Positions 31,101 through 40,242 of a DNA stretch of 64,000 nucleotides are shown one piece after another; positions within the stretch are counted from its first letter, which is position 1; every line of letters begins with the position of its first letter. Below the pieces are notes generated by a model. That model did not search any database, had not been told where the DNA came from, and saw only the letters and a program-made list of their open reading frames with translations. Source of the DNA: Longimicrobiales bacterium (GTDB taxonomy: Bacteria; Gemmatimonadota; Gemmatimonadetes; Longimicrobiales; Gaopeijiaceae); contig CBDANQ010000058.1 in NCBI GenBank assembly GCA_965197725.1, positions 32,001 through 96,000 of the forward strand, in the 5' to 3' direction. A program made the translations under genes and the position numbers.

Positions 31101-31314
31101 ACGGCGCTTGGGTCACCACCTCGAAGCCGATCCACCCGAGGCCCTCGAGAGAGAGCCGCCTCAACAGTTCGCGCCCCCCACCGAACGTCTGTGAGATGAC
31201 GAGCTTTCGGCCGACGGGGTGACGTCGCGCGATGCGGGCGAGCACGTCGACGAGGTGAGGGGCCGAGGAGGCCCGGCCTAGCTTCTCCAGTCCGCTCACG
31301 GTGCCTTCCAACAC
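28138..31314 (-). CDS. addB: AddB/RexB-like protein with PD-(D/E)XK nuclease and Fe-S cysteines
   Basis: SASRLEDLGACP, GAIDRVD, VDYKTG, QHALY, CRFCDYADVC; start uncertain (31314 or 31299). Confidence 0.85.
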   Translation of the reverse strand: MLEGTVSGLEKLGRASSAPHLVDVLARIARRHPVGRKLVISQTFGGGRELLRRLSLEGLGWIGFEVVTQAPLALRLARDGMERASLRVMDAFDERALLDESLDAALVAEGRGLGELAEGVGFRERVHGAVTALRLSGISPEELDRARLADWSKRLFLLRVLQRYERLLGQRRLADTASVLRLALASLENDGHRMPDTLGAEVVVIVPGVSTRGLSGQLLTALQARGAKVLETDPVVGIDVRDSVLWNRHSNGSSGSAYSYLFAPEQMDGDPRSSELELFHAASITDELREVIRRVAERALAWDQVEIVTPDPAAYGSALHALSSELRIPVTYAVGLPVERTRPGRVVRAYLDWIEGGFQASPIRRLLEAGDLRPGRTRLYHAPAELGRRFRSLRIGWGRKRYRSQVRTALARLEELGPRKWEHAEAFERRRAQAEGELRALRSILFPTLKATPAIPDRRGERGAPVSPAELARGLRAFLRRVPLGDGSDLSARERINQVLERVDATLRRRTDFGAAVTVLRRHLEIRVRASGPGASGNDPGAPWSSEGGHLHLSDMEHGGYTGRPAVFVVGAEAEHIPGPSTQDPVLLDSDRRVLGEGLPTSSELLRERTFRFAAFFARLRGARVTLSYRAWDATEARSIRPSPVLLAALRLQRRDPRLTFRDLHETLGRVVCRVPRANRPPLDGDDIWMAGLGSGEVMRHGVDRVRAAFPRLDAGLSLLLERSDGVPGPAHGVIEARPQELDPRKNPSLVVSASRLEDLGACPLRYLHRSVLRIYPPDDPELDPDRWLNPLRHGALLHAVFETSLREARIRKLKMEEPGFEALAVKTLGISVKRLRAEVPVPGEGALRRELVALEEDVRSFVRMVRQRGAPWVALELDFGIGDDEPVVLDLKQGQLRLRGAIDRVDEDLQGVHVVDYKTGMPWGLEGDSGTFDGGRRLQHALYAHAAEQRLGVTVVSGEYHYPTRRGENRAFVFDCQRLAGVGPLLDLMLDTVASGNFVPTERADDCRFCDYADVCRARQARFGKMTSPLAEWSEQHLNAGLWPAFAQLKRVRTFED

Positions 31315-31327
31315 TTGTGTCCCCGTC

Positions 31328-31889
31328 TCAAGGCGCGGCCACCGTGAGCTGCGTGCCGTACACGAACAAGGTCGCAACCAGGATCAGGACCGAAGCAGCG
31401 AGATGTACCCACCTATGGGCGACCCAAGCGAGGAACAGGAAGATCACGCCTGCAATAAAGGCAATAAGGTTCACATAATGGAGTAGCGGGTTGTCGAAGA
31501 CGGAGATGTTGCTCCATGTCATGGCGATCATCAGCATCGCGGCGACGGAGAAGAACCGACCTCGAATCTCGTAGTAATAGTCGCTGAGGTTGGTCCGTGC
31601 GTCCTCGAGCGGGAATACCAGCTCAGCAAGTGCGAACAAGAGGATCGGGACGAGGAGAAAGCTCAGCAAATCCCAAAGCGTCCATACCGGGCGATCCGCG
31701 ACTCCCCAGCGTCCTCGACCAGACGCCCACGTGCATCACGAACACCCAAAGGACCCAGATCGCATGGACGAGGCCGGGCGCGGTCGTGGTGTCGGGGCGG
31801 AGTGACCCGACCACGCCACGAAGAAGTGTGGCGATGCCGAGTCCCATGATGATCGACACCAGCACCATGATGAACTCAAACGGATCCAA
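31328..31889 (-). pseudogene. Integral membrane protein, frameshifted
   Basis: MDPFEFIMVLVSIIMGLGIA... joins RWGVADRPVWTLWDLLSFLL... through a frameshift near 31712. Confidence 0.7.
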
Positions 31890-31912
31890 GTCAGGTAATC
31901 ACCCCTTCCTGC

Positions 31913-32461
31913 CTAGATCCCGCTGATATACGCGAACACGAGAAGGCCGACGATCGCCGCCGCGAGCGCGGCCTTGATCAGGAACCCACGGAGTGCGACG
32001 GAGCCCGGGTTGACTGCGCTGACCCCAGTCGCCTCGAGGTTTCCGCTCCCGCTTCGGCCGAAAAGATCTTCCAGGTACTCGAGTAAGACGCGGAGCTGCT
32101 GTTCTAACTTCTCGGGGTCCTCGGGCTTCGTAATGAAGTGGTTGCTACCTAGTCCGTAACTCCGAGCCAGGTCGTGGTCGGTGTCGGAGGCCGTCAGCAC
32201 GGCGACCGGAATGCGGCGGAGCGCGTCGTTCCGCTTGATCGCCGCAAGTACCTCGTGGCCGGTCTTACCCGGCATCTGGAGGTCGAGCAAGATGAGGTCG
32301 GGAAGGACATGCTCGATCATGCTGATGGCCGAATCGCCGTTCCGAGCCCGGTGGACGTGGACCGGAACTCTACTGGCCCGCTCAAGCGCCGCCTCGATCA
32401 GCAGTGCGTCCTCGTCGGTGTCCTCGGCGAGCACGACCTCCCGTTGGCGTTGCTTCGTCAT
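31913..32461 (-). CDS. Single-domain response regulator with C-terminal hydrophobic tail
   Basis: LAED, LLDLQMP, LTAS, ITKP; ends ALAAAIVGLLVFAYISGI. Confidence 0.88.
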   Translation of the reverse strand: MTKQRQREVVLAEDTDEDALLIEAALERASRVPVHVHRARNGDSAISMIEHVLPDLILLDLQMPGKTGHEVLAAIKRNDALRRIPVAVLTASDTDHDLARSYGLGSNHFITKPEDPEKLEQQLRVLLEYLEDLFGRSGSGNLEATGVSAVNPGSVALRGFLIKAALAAAIVGLLVFAYISGI

Positions 32462-32699
32462 CCTCGGACGCGCTCCTCATTCCGTGGGTCCCGCCCGACG
32501 ACGGGGCGGTGAATGCAACAATTCGCCATCCTGTCCAGTGACCAGCATGTAGACCCCGAGTGCGGGCCGCAAGTCCATCGCACGGAAGACCGATGACCGC
32601 TTGCTCGAGGGCTTAAGCGGAGTGTGGTCGCGGCCCGGGTGCGCACACGGGGATCGCCATCTCCTCGGCCGCGAGCATCCAGGAGTGCGCGGGATCACT

Positions 32700-32960
32700 C
32701 TGGTAGTGGTCCGAAAGCGTCGGATCCTCGAGTACTTGCATGAGGAACTCGCAAGGAACGCGGAGCAGATCACGCTTCCCGTGGCCGACCTGGTTCGGGA
32801 GGTGCTGTACGAGACGGTCGTGATATCGGGGATGGCGTACGTGAAGGAGGTTCTCGAGGCGGAGCGAGAGGTGGTGTACGGTCCGAGATGCCGGGCCAAC
32901 GAGACGCGGAGTGCGTACCGGGCCGGGCATGGACCGAGCTCGCTGGTGCTGGGAGGTCGG
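32700..32960 (+). mobile_element. IS256-family transposase N-terminal remnant
   Basis: EVLEAEREVVYGPR...AYRAGHGPSSLVLGGR; truncated at the end of the next gene. Confidence 0.6.
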
Positions 32961-35657
32961 TCACCTCCCCGCCGCCCCACCCAACCAGTAGCTCGCCTTG
33001 ATCGCGAAGAAGTTGTTGCCGGTCGCCGTGAGCGAGCCGAACACGTCGCTCAGGCCCGCGCGGTCGCCGAGGGCTTCGCGCCCCGAGCGATCCTGCTGCC
33101 ACACCAGGTAGAGCGTGCTTCCGGGCCGCCACTCCCAGCGGAGAACAGCCGTGCTCCGGAATGACCTCACATTGAAGTCCCGGTTGGAGATGCCGAAGGC
33201 GTCCTCACCGTCCAAGACCTCGTAGCTGCCGTCCTCCCCACGCTGGATCATGGTGCCGTCCGTCCCATAGGTGCGCAGGAACCGGCTGCCCGCCGCCTCC
33301 AGCTCACCGATGCCGTAGAAGCGGCCGCTAGCGGCGAACGGCTGAGCGAAGAGGTCGAGGTTGACGTCCGGCTTCAGCGTGAAATTCAGCCGCGTCTCCA
33401 TCGCGAGCGTCGTGCGGTCGGTGAACGCAAAGATGTAGCGGCCCCCATATGTCGAGGGTCCCCCCCCATCCCGTGTCATGACGTACTGCCGCGGATTGAC
33501 CTCGTGCTCGAACGAAGGTGCGAGCGACACCTGCCAGCGTGGCTCGGGCACCAACGAGACCCGCCCGCTGACGCTCTCTCTCCGTCCCCCCAGCTCGTCC
33601 CGTCCGTAGTCCACGCCGACGCTCCATCGCGTCTCCGTCGATGCGCTATTCGCCACCTCGAGCGACGTATTCCAGCCTCGGCCCGTTCCCATGGACGGTC
33701 CGCCCCGGGTCAACCGCTGGCTCTGAGCGCGCAAGTTCACCCGGGTGGACGCCCGGGTCGTCCAGAAATTGTTCCACGTCACATCCGTGCTGCCCGTCAA
33801 GGCCGTCTGCTGGTGCTCTCCTGCCAGGTTCCATTCCGTGCGCTGGTTGACCCTGAACTGGTAGCTCCGGAAGTGACGTCCGGGGGTAGCTTCGCGATAC
33901 GTCAACCACGGCCGGATCGCGATGGCGTCTCCGGTCGTGAGGCGTCCGATGTCGTTGAACTCCACCTCCGGCGACTCCAGATCGGCGAACATGGTCCAGA
34001 GCCAGTGCGTGCCGCTGATCTTCTCGACACGCGCGCTTACCTTGGCTCCCCCCATCGTGGTCCGGTCGGGGTCGACCTCGACGTGCGAGGCGTCGGGCCG
34101 CTGGAAGTACCGCTGGCTCGCGCGTTGGAGACGCACGATGGCTTCCTTGTCCCCGTCGACGTGGCTCAGGCCTCCCAGCACCGAGACCTCGTACGTGCCG
34201 CCGGCCGGCCGCCAGAGCGTCTCACCGTTCACGGTCACCGCATTTCGGGGCATGAGGGCGGCCAAAGGATCACCCCGTTCCAGCTCTCGGTGAACCCCGG
34301 TCACCATGAAGCCCGCGGTCGACCCCTGCGTCCCGAACTCCTGCTGGATCCGGGCCACGCCCCAGGTGGTGCGGGGCGCGACGCGAACCTTCCCGTACGT
34401 TCCAGGCGCCGAGTCGAAGGTCTTCGCGTGCTCCTCGCCGGTGACGGCCGCCAGGACCCCCACCGAGGTGCCCGAGGGCAGCCGTCCCGTCAGTTTCGCG
34501 GCGCCCAGAATCGTGGCGCTGCCCGGCGAATCGACATAGTCGCCCGACGCGGATCCCAGTGGGCGGGCACCGATGCGCCTCGAATAAAAAAAGTTGGGGG
34601 AGAGTCCGGGGGTAAGGAGAGCGCTGCCTTCGGTGAAGAACGGACGCCGCTCGGGGAAGAAAACCTCGAAGTCGGTCAAGTTAACTACGGCGGGATCCAC
34701 CTCCACCTGGCCGAAGTCGGGGGTGACCGAGCCATCCAGCGTCAGGTTGGGCCCGATCCCCATCTTGAGATCGAGCCCGACCCGCCCCTCCAGGTTTACG
34801 CCGTCGTCGAACGGGTTGGCGGGATCACGGTCACCGTTGATGCTGGAGCCGGTCGCGGCGAAGGGGAGCAGCTCGAGGCGCCGAACGGGATCGACCGTGC
34901 GAACTCCGCGAAGCTCGCCGAAGCGCGAGGCCCAGGCGCGTTCGGTCCGGGGCACCGCCACCCAGTAGTCGGACTCGTTCTTCGACGGAATCCAACGGTG
35001 GATGTTCAGCCCCCACGTCTGCTCGAGCGTTTCGTTGTATCGCAACTGGGACAGGGGGATCCACATCTCGACGGTCCAGCCCTCGTCATCGATTCTGACG
35101 TGCGCCTCCCAAACCGGATCGAAGCCCTGATCGATGTCCTCCTCGCTATCGGAGCGGTGGAAGTGGTCGAGGCGGACGCCGGCAGCCGTGACACCGAAGG
35201 TGTAGGCGGTGCGACGGTCGAGGAAGGTATCCAGAGAAACGAGCACGTATTCCGCCAGCTGTCCTCCATCGCGCCGCCCTAAAGGGGCCTGGATTGAGGA
35301 CCCTCCTCCGCTCGAGTACATGCGGGCGCCGACGTAGAGCGCTTTGTCGTCGTACACGAAACGCACCTCGGTCCGCTCGGTGGGGAGCGCGCCCTCGGTC
35401 GGCTCTTTTTGCACGAAGTCGGTGACGGGCGGAGCCTGGCCCCAGATGGCTTCGTCGAGGTGCCCGTCCACGCGAATGCCGCTGGACAGCGTTTCGAGAG
35501 CCGTCGCCCGTTTGTAGCTGGTGAGGGAGGGCTCTTGAGCGGCCACCTCGAACGTGGCCATCAGAAGAACCATGAGGGTCAGCAGAGCTTGACGCACCGA
35601 TCTTGCGGTCTGGACGGGAGGTGGCGCGAGCGGTCCCGAGGGCGGCGCCTTCACCAC
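32961..35657 (-). CDS. CBM9-like/DUF5916 outer-membrane protein
   Basis: Signal peptide, VDGHLDEAIW, TPDFGQVEVD, PERRPFFTEG, FYSRRIG, C-terminal KASYW. Confidence 0.85.
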   Translation of the reverse strand: MVKAPPSGPLAPPPVQTARSVRQALLTLMVLLMATFEVAAQEPSLTSYKRATALETLSSGIRVDGHLDEAIWGQAPPVTDFVQKEPTEGALPTERTEVRFVYDDKALYVGARMYSSGGGSSIQAPLGRRDGGQLAEYVLVSLDTFLDRRTAYTFGVTAAGVRLDHFHRSDSEEDIDQGFDPVWEAHVRIDDEGWTVEMWIPLSQLRYNETLEQTWGLNIHRWIPSKNESDYWVAVPRTERAWASRFGELRGVRTVDPVRRLELLPFAATGSSINGDRDPANPFDDGVNLEGRVGLDLKMGIGPNLTLDGSVTPDFGQVEVDPAVVNLTDFEVFFPERRPFFTEGSALLTPGLSPNFFYSRRIGARPLGSASGDYVDSPGSATILGAAKLTGRLPSGTSVGVLAAVTGEEHAKTFDSAPGTYGKVRVAPRTTWGVARIQQEFGTQGSTAGFMVTGVHRELERGDPLAALMPRNAVTVNGETLWRPAGGTYEVSVLGGLSHVDGDKEAIVRLQRASQRYFQRPDASHVEVDPDRTTMGGAKVSARVEKISGTHWLWTMFADLESPEVEFNDIGRLTTGDAIAIRPWLTYREATPGRHFRSYQFRVNQRTEWNLAGEHQQTALTGSTDVTWNNFWTTRASTRVNLRAQSQRLTRGGPSMGTGRGWNTSLEVANSASTETRWSVGVDYGRDELGGRRESVSGRVSLVPEPRWQVSLAPSFEHEVNPRQYVMTRDGGGPSTYGGRYIFAFTDRTTLAMETRLNFTLKPDVNLDLFAQPFAASGRFYGIGELEAAGSRFLRTYGTDGTMIQRGEDGSYEVLDGEDAFGISNRDFNVRSFRSTAVLRWEWRPGSTLYLVWQQDRSGREALGDRAGLSDVFGSLTATGNNFFAIKASYWLGGAAGR

Positions 35658-35915
35658 GAAGGGGCTCCGACGACTTCAAGCCTAGGTGATTTGTTGCCCA
35701 CTGGCCACTCCGGGCCGAGCCGAGTCAGCCCACCTCAACGCGTCAGCCCGAGCTTCTCGATAATCGCCAAGGAACCGCTCCTCCAGCGGCCGTTCATCAG
35801 CCAAGAGGGCCGCACTCAATCATGTCGAGGCAACCCCAAAAGTCCGGCGTCAAGTCGGGTTAACTTTTTTCCTGGCGATGTTGATCGATCCTACGATAAC
35901 TTTTAAGCAACCTCC

Positions 35916-35949
35916 CTGACATCATCACCCTGCTGACGTCATCCCCCTG
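35916..35949. repeat. 17-bp imperfect tandem duplication
   Basis: CTGACATCATCACCCTG / CTGACGTCATCCCCCTG. Confidence 0.8.
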
Positions 35950-36516
35950 TTGATCGCCTCTACCGTCCTATGCGCCCTGCTTGCTGCCGCGTTCGCGGCC
36001 CTCACCGTCGCGTGGTTGAAGCGGCTGCCTACTCTTCATCTCTGCCCGACGTGCACGCATCGCACGCAGGCGGTCTTGCTCCCCAGATTGCTGAGGCCGT
36101 TGGGGCGCTGGATCGGACTACGGTGGTGCCCCGATTGCGAATGGGAAGGGATCGGTCGCAAGGGCCCCGAATTCATTCCAGAACGCCCGCTCGCACACGA
36201 CTCCGGTTTCCACTGGGGCGCGGACGTCATCGGGGAGAACGCCGGCTTCCATTGGGCTGAGCTCGAGCCGCCGGAGCCGCGCGACCTGTCTGCGGAGCCG
36301 CCGGCTCACCGATCTGGCTTCCGTTTCGGGGGCGGGCCTACACCCTCCAAGCCGCGGGCGCACCCGTCGGGATTCAACTGGTCAGGCCCCCGCCCAGCAG
36401 TACCGTACGTCGATCGGCGCGATCCCCGCTCAGCGTTCTCTTGGGGCAGCAGGCGCCGCGAGCCTGAAATCTTTCAGTGGGGCCAGGCGCCGGATAGGTG
36501 GCCCCCGCACCAGTAG
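35950..36516 (+). CDS. Membrane-anchored Zn-ribbon protein with six (S/A)GFxW-like repeats
   Basis: N-terminal TM, CPTC...CPDC, then SGFHWG, AGFHWA, SGFRFG, SGFNWS, SAFSWG, EIFQWG. Confidence 0.7.
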   Translation: MIASTVLCALLAAAFAALTVAWLKRLPTLHLCPTCTHRTQAVLLPRLLRPLGRWIGLRWCPDCEWEGIGRKGPEFIPERPLAHDSGFHWGADVIGENAGFHWAELEPPEPRDLSAEPPAHRSGFRFGGGPTPSKPRAHPSGFNWSGPRPAVPYVDRRDPRSAFSWGSRRREPEIFQWGQAPDRWPPHQ

Positions 36517-36564
36517 GACGCGCGTCCCAGATGTCCGACGGCCTCGACCCGGTCGATCGTCTAT

Positions 36565-36628
36565 ACTACCAGGTAACAGGCACGACAGCGGTCCCCACTA
36601 CCAGGTGACAGGCACGACAGCGGTCCCC
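36565..36628. repeat. 32-bp tandem duplication (1 mismatch)
   Basis: ACTACCAGGT(A/G)ACAGGCACGACAGCGGTCCCC x2. Confidence 0.95.
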
Positions 36629-36651
36629 GGACGACCGGATGGGCGGAAGAC

Positions 36652-38391
36652 ATGCGCGACGGGAGCGAACTAGCAGCCCTGCTCGAGCGGATCGACGGAC
36701 GGGGGTACAAGGCGTACAAGGAGATCGCTGGACCTTGGCGGTTTTCGGACTTCACTCTGCACTTCGATCACGTGCAGGGCGACCCGTTCGCGGACCCCAC
36801 ACGGGTACGCCTGATGCTGCCTGCGGGTGTTGCCGACCTCCCGGAGTCGGCGTACCGAACTCGGCCACGCGCGCTCGGTACGGCGGCGTTCCTCGCTCGG
36901 TCTTTCGCGCGGGCCGCCCGCGCGATCGGCCGGTCGGGCAGCGGCAAGAGCGGAGAGATCCGGATGGAAGATCCAGGTCAGACCGTTCTCCTGCACACCG
37001 CCGTGCTCATGCGCGAACACGGAGATCTAGAGGCCCGTTTCACGGTCGGGCTACCCGCGCAGGGGCGTCGTGTGCTCGGCCGCCAGGCCTCCGAATTGCT
37101 GACGGCGCGCGTCCCGGAGCTCGTGCGCTCCACGCTGATCGCGGCGGCGCACGACGCCGCCGAGATCGAAGCTCATGCAGCCAGCAACGAAGACGCCGAT
37201 GCCCTCAGGAGCCAACTGGAGGGGCGGGGATTGATCGCCTTCGTGGCGGATGACTCGGTGCTGCCACGCCGAAGCGGAATCGACGATCGACCACTGGAGG
37301 GCGCCAACGTCGTTTCCTTCCGCTCACCCGAATCGCTTCGAGTGACGTTCGAGCTTCCGAACGCCGGTTCGGTGTCGGGCATGGGCGTTCTGCCAGGTGT
37401 GACGTTGATCGTGGGCGGTGGCTTCAACGGCAAGAGCACGTTGCTCCGCGCCATCGAGTCCGGCGTCTACAACCACCGGCCCGGGGACGGAAGGGAACGG
37501 GTGGCCAGCCGCTTCGACGCGGTGAAGGTGCGCGCAGAAGACCGACGTTCGGTCTCCGGGGTCGACATATCGAGCTTCATCGATGGACTCCCGTTCGGCC
37601 AGGACACGAAGCGATTCTCCACGGAGAACGCCTCGGGATCGACGAGTCAGGCCGCGGCCATCGTCGAAGCGCTCGAGGCCGGCGCCCGACTGTTGCTCGT
37701 TGACGAAGACACCTCGGCAACGAATTTCATGATCCGTGATCGCCGGATGCAGCAGCTGGTTCCGAAGGAAGGCGAGCCGATCACGCCCTTCGTCGATCGC
37801 GTACGCGAATTGTACGAAAGTCGGAGCGTGAGTTGCGTGCTCGTGCTCGGAGGGAGTGGGGACTATCTGGATGTGGCCGATACCGTGATCCGCATGACCG
37901 ACTACGCGCCGTGGGACGTCACCGCGGAGGCGAGGACCGTGGCAGTGGAGATTCCGACCGGACGAGCGACGGAACGCAAACGACCGCTTACCGCGTTCTC
38001 CCTCCGTCGCGTTCAGGTGCGCTCCGTCGACCCGAGCAGGGGCCGTCGTGCGTCGTACGTGCGCGTGCCCGACGACCGAACTCTCATCTTCGGCGTTGAG
38101 ACCATCGACCTCGCCGGCGTCGAGCAGATCGCGAGTCGCGCGCAGATGCGGGCGATCGGACAGGGTCTCGTGCTGTTGGCCGAGCGAGTCCTGGGGGAAG
38201 GCTCCGCTGAAGCGAGCAGGCCCCGTAGTAGCGCAGTCGATGTCGCCGGCGCGCTGGACGCCGTCGAGAGTCTCCTCGAGGAGGGAGACTTGGACGTTCT
38301 CGACCCCCGCCGTGTCGGCGACCTCGCGGAGTTCCGGCGCTTCGAGCTGGCTGCCGCGTTGAACAGGTTGCGCACACTGCGGGTAGACTAG
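36652..38391 (+). CDS. ABC-class ATPase (COG3044/ABC_ATPase, MRB1590-like)
   Basis: HVQGDPFA, GGGFNGKST, ASGSTSQAA, LLVDEDTSATNFMIRD, AALNRLR. Confidence 0.9.
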   Translation: MRDGSELAALLERIDGRGYKAYKEIAGPWRFSDFTLHFDHVQGDPFADPTRVRLMLPAGVADLPESAYRTRPRALGTAAFLARSFARAARAIGRSGSGKSGEIRMEDPGQTVLLHTAVLMREHGDLEARFTVGLPAQGRRVLGRQASELLTARVPELVRSTLIAAAHDAAEIEAHAASNEDADALRSQLEGRGLIAFVADDSVLPRRSGIDDRPLEGANVVSFRSPESLRVTFELPNAGSVSGMGVLPGVTLIVGGGFNGKSTLLRAIESGVYNHRPGDGRERVASRFDAVKVRAEDRRSVSGVDISSFIDGLPFGQDTKRFSTENASGSTSQAAAIVEALEAGARLLLVDEDTSATNFMIRDRRMQQLVPKEGEPITPFVDRVRELYESRSVSCVLVLGGSGDYLDVADTVIRMTDYAPWDVTAEARTVAVEIPTGRATERKRPLTAFSLRRVQVRSVDPSRGRRASYVRVPDDRTLIFGVETIDLAGVEQIASRAQMRAIGQGLVLLAERVLGEGSAEASRPRSSAVDVAGALDAVESLLEEGDLDVLDPRRVGDLAEFRRFELAAALNRLRTLRVD

Positions 38392-38398
38392 TCCCCCG

Positions 38399-40189
38399 AT
38401 GAGACCCGGTCCGACTCTAGGAGCGCACCTGCCGGCGGCGATCCCGGAACTGGGCGCCGCGGTCCCTGCGCTGGCGGTATCCGGCACCGCGAGCGCCGAG
38501 CCGTTCCTCATCGAGGGCGAATCCGCCTCCGCCCGGGGTGTACTCAGAGGCGGGATCGACCGCATCCGCATCCATGACCGTGTGGTCGTGCGCGATCTGA
38601 CAATCGGGAACTCACTCGGAGTCAATTTCGTCGTGATGCCAGGGGTGCTTCGGCGGGAACGGACGGGTCCCATCGGGACTGTCATGGAGAACGTCGTCGT
38701 CACGCCGACGCTTCCGCTGGTGGCCGCGCAGTGGAGCGGATCGCCGGTTGCGGACGATGGCGCGCTACGGCTCACGCTCACCCCGGGCGGTGCGCAAGTC
38801 CGCTACGACGTGCACGACGGAGTCTTGCGCGCGGTGGGCCGAGATCCAGACCAGTCGGTCGCGGTGGCGCTGTACGGTGGCACGGGAAAGTGGACTCTTG
38901 CGGACGACGGCGACGGCCGCGTGCTCGCGTCACACGGGATGGGCGGCGACGGGCCGCTGACCCTCTTGGTCACCGCAGGAAGCGAGGCCGCGATCCGCTC
39001 TGCGCTCGCTTCAGCCGCTCACTTACCTGTGCATGAACGGCGGGCCGCGTCGACGACGGCCGAGGGCGTCCGGGTCCTGACGGGAGTCGCGGAACTCGAC
39101 GACGGCGTCGCCTGGGCATCGTTCCGCGTTCGTGCGTCACTCTGGCGTGGCGTGATGACGGCCTCGGGCCACCACGCGTTCTGGTCGGGCCTCGGGGCGC
39201 TCGCGGTCGCGGACGTGGAGGCCGCAAGCCGGGCTGTCGCGCTCCTGGAGGGCCAGCTCAGGGCGGGACAGGCATGCCAGCCGGCGTGGCCCGTGGAAGC
39301 GATGGCTGCGCTGCTCGCAGCGCGCTTGGCGCTCGCATCCGACGACGCCTCGGCCGCCCGGCGCCACGCCCAGTTGATCTCGGATCGCGCTTGGGCTCCG
39401 AGGGGTCTGTCCTCCGACGGTGCGAGCCTGTGGGCGTTCGCGCTCGAGGAGCTCGCGGACGCCTTGCGCCACACCGAGACCGACGACCGCATCGCGGACC
39501 TGAGGACGCTCGCGGCGGAGCTGCCGTCCAGGGCCGCCGGCGGCATGCGACTACCGATGGTCGCCGACGCACGTCCCGACGCAGGAGACTTCCTTCGATC
39601 GGTTCTCGCCGGCGGCTTAGGTCACGCGCCTCGGACAGGCATCCGGAGACTCGACGACACCCTGCGCACGTGGTCCGGCTTCGGCGAGGACGCCGACGGA
39701 GCGTGGGGGCGGTGGCGAGAGACCCTCTCGGAAGGGTTGGTGAGCGGGCCCTCGGGCCCCGCTAGCTGGGATGAGGTCGATGACGTGCTCGCACCCGGCG
39801 CTCCAGTCGCAGGGGCCGTGCTCGCTGCGTTCTCCCACGGTGTACTGGGCTACATGCCCGATGCGCCGTCCGGACGACTGCGCCTCGCGCCACGGCTCCC
39901 GTCTCACGCGCGCGCGCTCACCGTTGAGAGGCTACGGTTGGGGTCTACGTTCATCACGCTTCGATACGAGCGCCTGAAGACCCGTCACCGCTTCGTTCTC
40001 GAACCGACTTCGGCTCGTGTGCCACCGATGCTGGTATTCGAACCTTCGATCCCTGGGACGCGCCTCGCCGAGGCTCATATCGGAGACGCCCGCGCCGACC
40101 TCGAGGCGACTCGGGAGGGCGAGCGTGTCCGCGTTCGTGTCCAACTCTCGCTCGAAGGGCCGTGCACGATCGACCTCAGGACCGAATAG
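38399..40189 (+). CDS. Hypothetical protein with glycogen-debranching/GH-like C-terminus
   Basis: GVLGYMPDAPSGRLRLAPRLP resembles the end of amylo-alpha-1,6-glucosidase-like proteins; core is divergent. Confidence 0.6.
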   Translation: MRPGPTLGAHLPAAIPELGAAVPALAVSGTASAEPFLIEGESASARGVLRGGIDRIRIHDRVVVRDLTIGNSLGVNFVVMPGVLRRERTGPIGTVMENVVVTPTLPLVAAQWSGSPVADDGALRLTLTPGGAQVRYDVHDGVLRAVGRDPDQSVAVALYGGTGKWTLADDGDGRVLASHGMGGDGPLTLLVTAGSEAAIRSALASAAHLPVHERRAASTTAEGVRVLTGVAELDDGVAWASFRVRASLWRGVMTASGHHAFWSGLGALAVADVEAASRAVALLEGQLRAGQACQPAWPVEAMAALLAARLALASDDASAARRHAQLISDRAWAPRGLSSDGASLWAFALEELADALRHTETDDRIADLRTLAAELPSRAAGGMRLPMVADARPDAGDFLRSVLAGGLGHAPRTGIRRLDDTLRTWSGFGEDADGAWGRWRETLSEGLVSGPSGPASWDEVDDVLAPGAPVAGAVLAAFSHGVLGYMPDAPSGRLRLAPRLPSHARALTVERLRLGSTFITLRYERLKTRHRFVLEPTSARVPPMLVFEPSIPGTRLAEAHIGDARADLEATREGERVRVRVQLSLEGPCTIDLRTE

Positions 40190-40242
40190 GAAACGAGGCC
40201 GAGCGGTGAACTCCCGGCCCCATATCGATACGCCCTTGCCGA

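Noticed and set aside
33504..35282. 592-aa plus-strand ORF and similar long antisense ORFs
   Set aside because: Shadows of real genes; no motifs
35735..35800. Possible C-terminal shard (ERF/LAIIEKLGLTR) on the minus strand
   Set aside because: Too short to support without a search
36565..36628. 32-bp repeat as a CRISPR repeat
   Set aside because: Two abutting copies with no spacer
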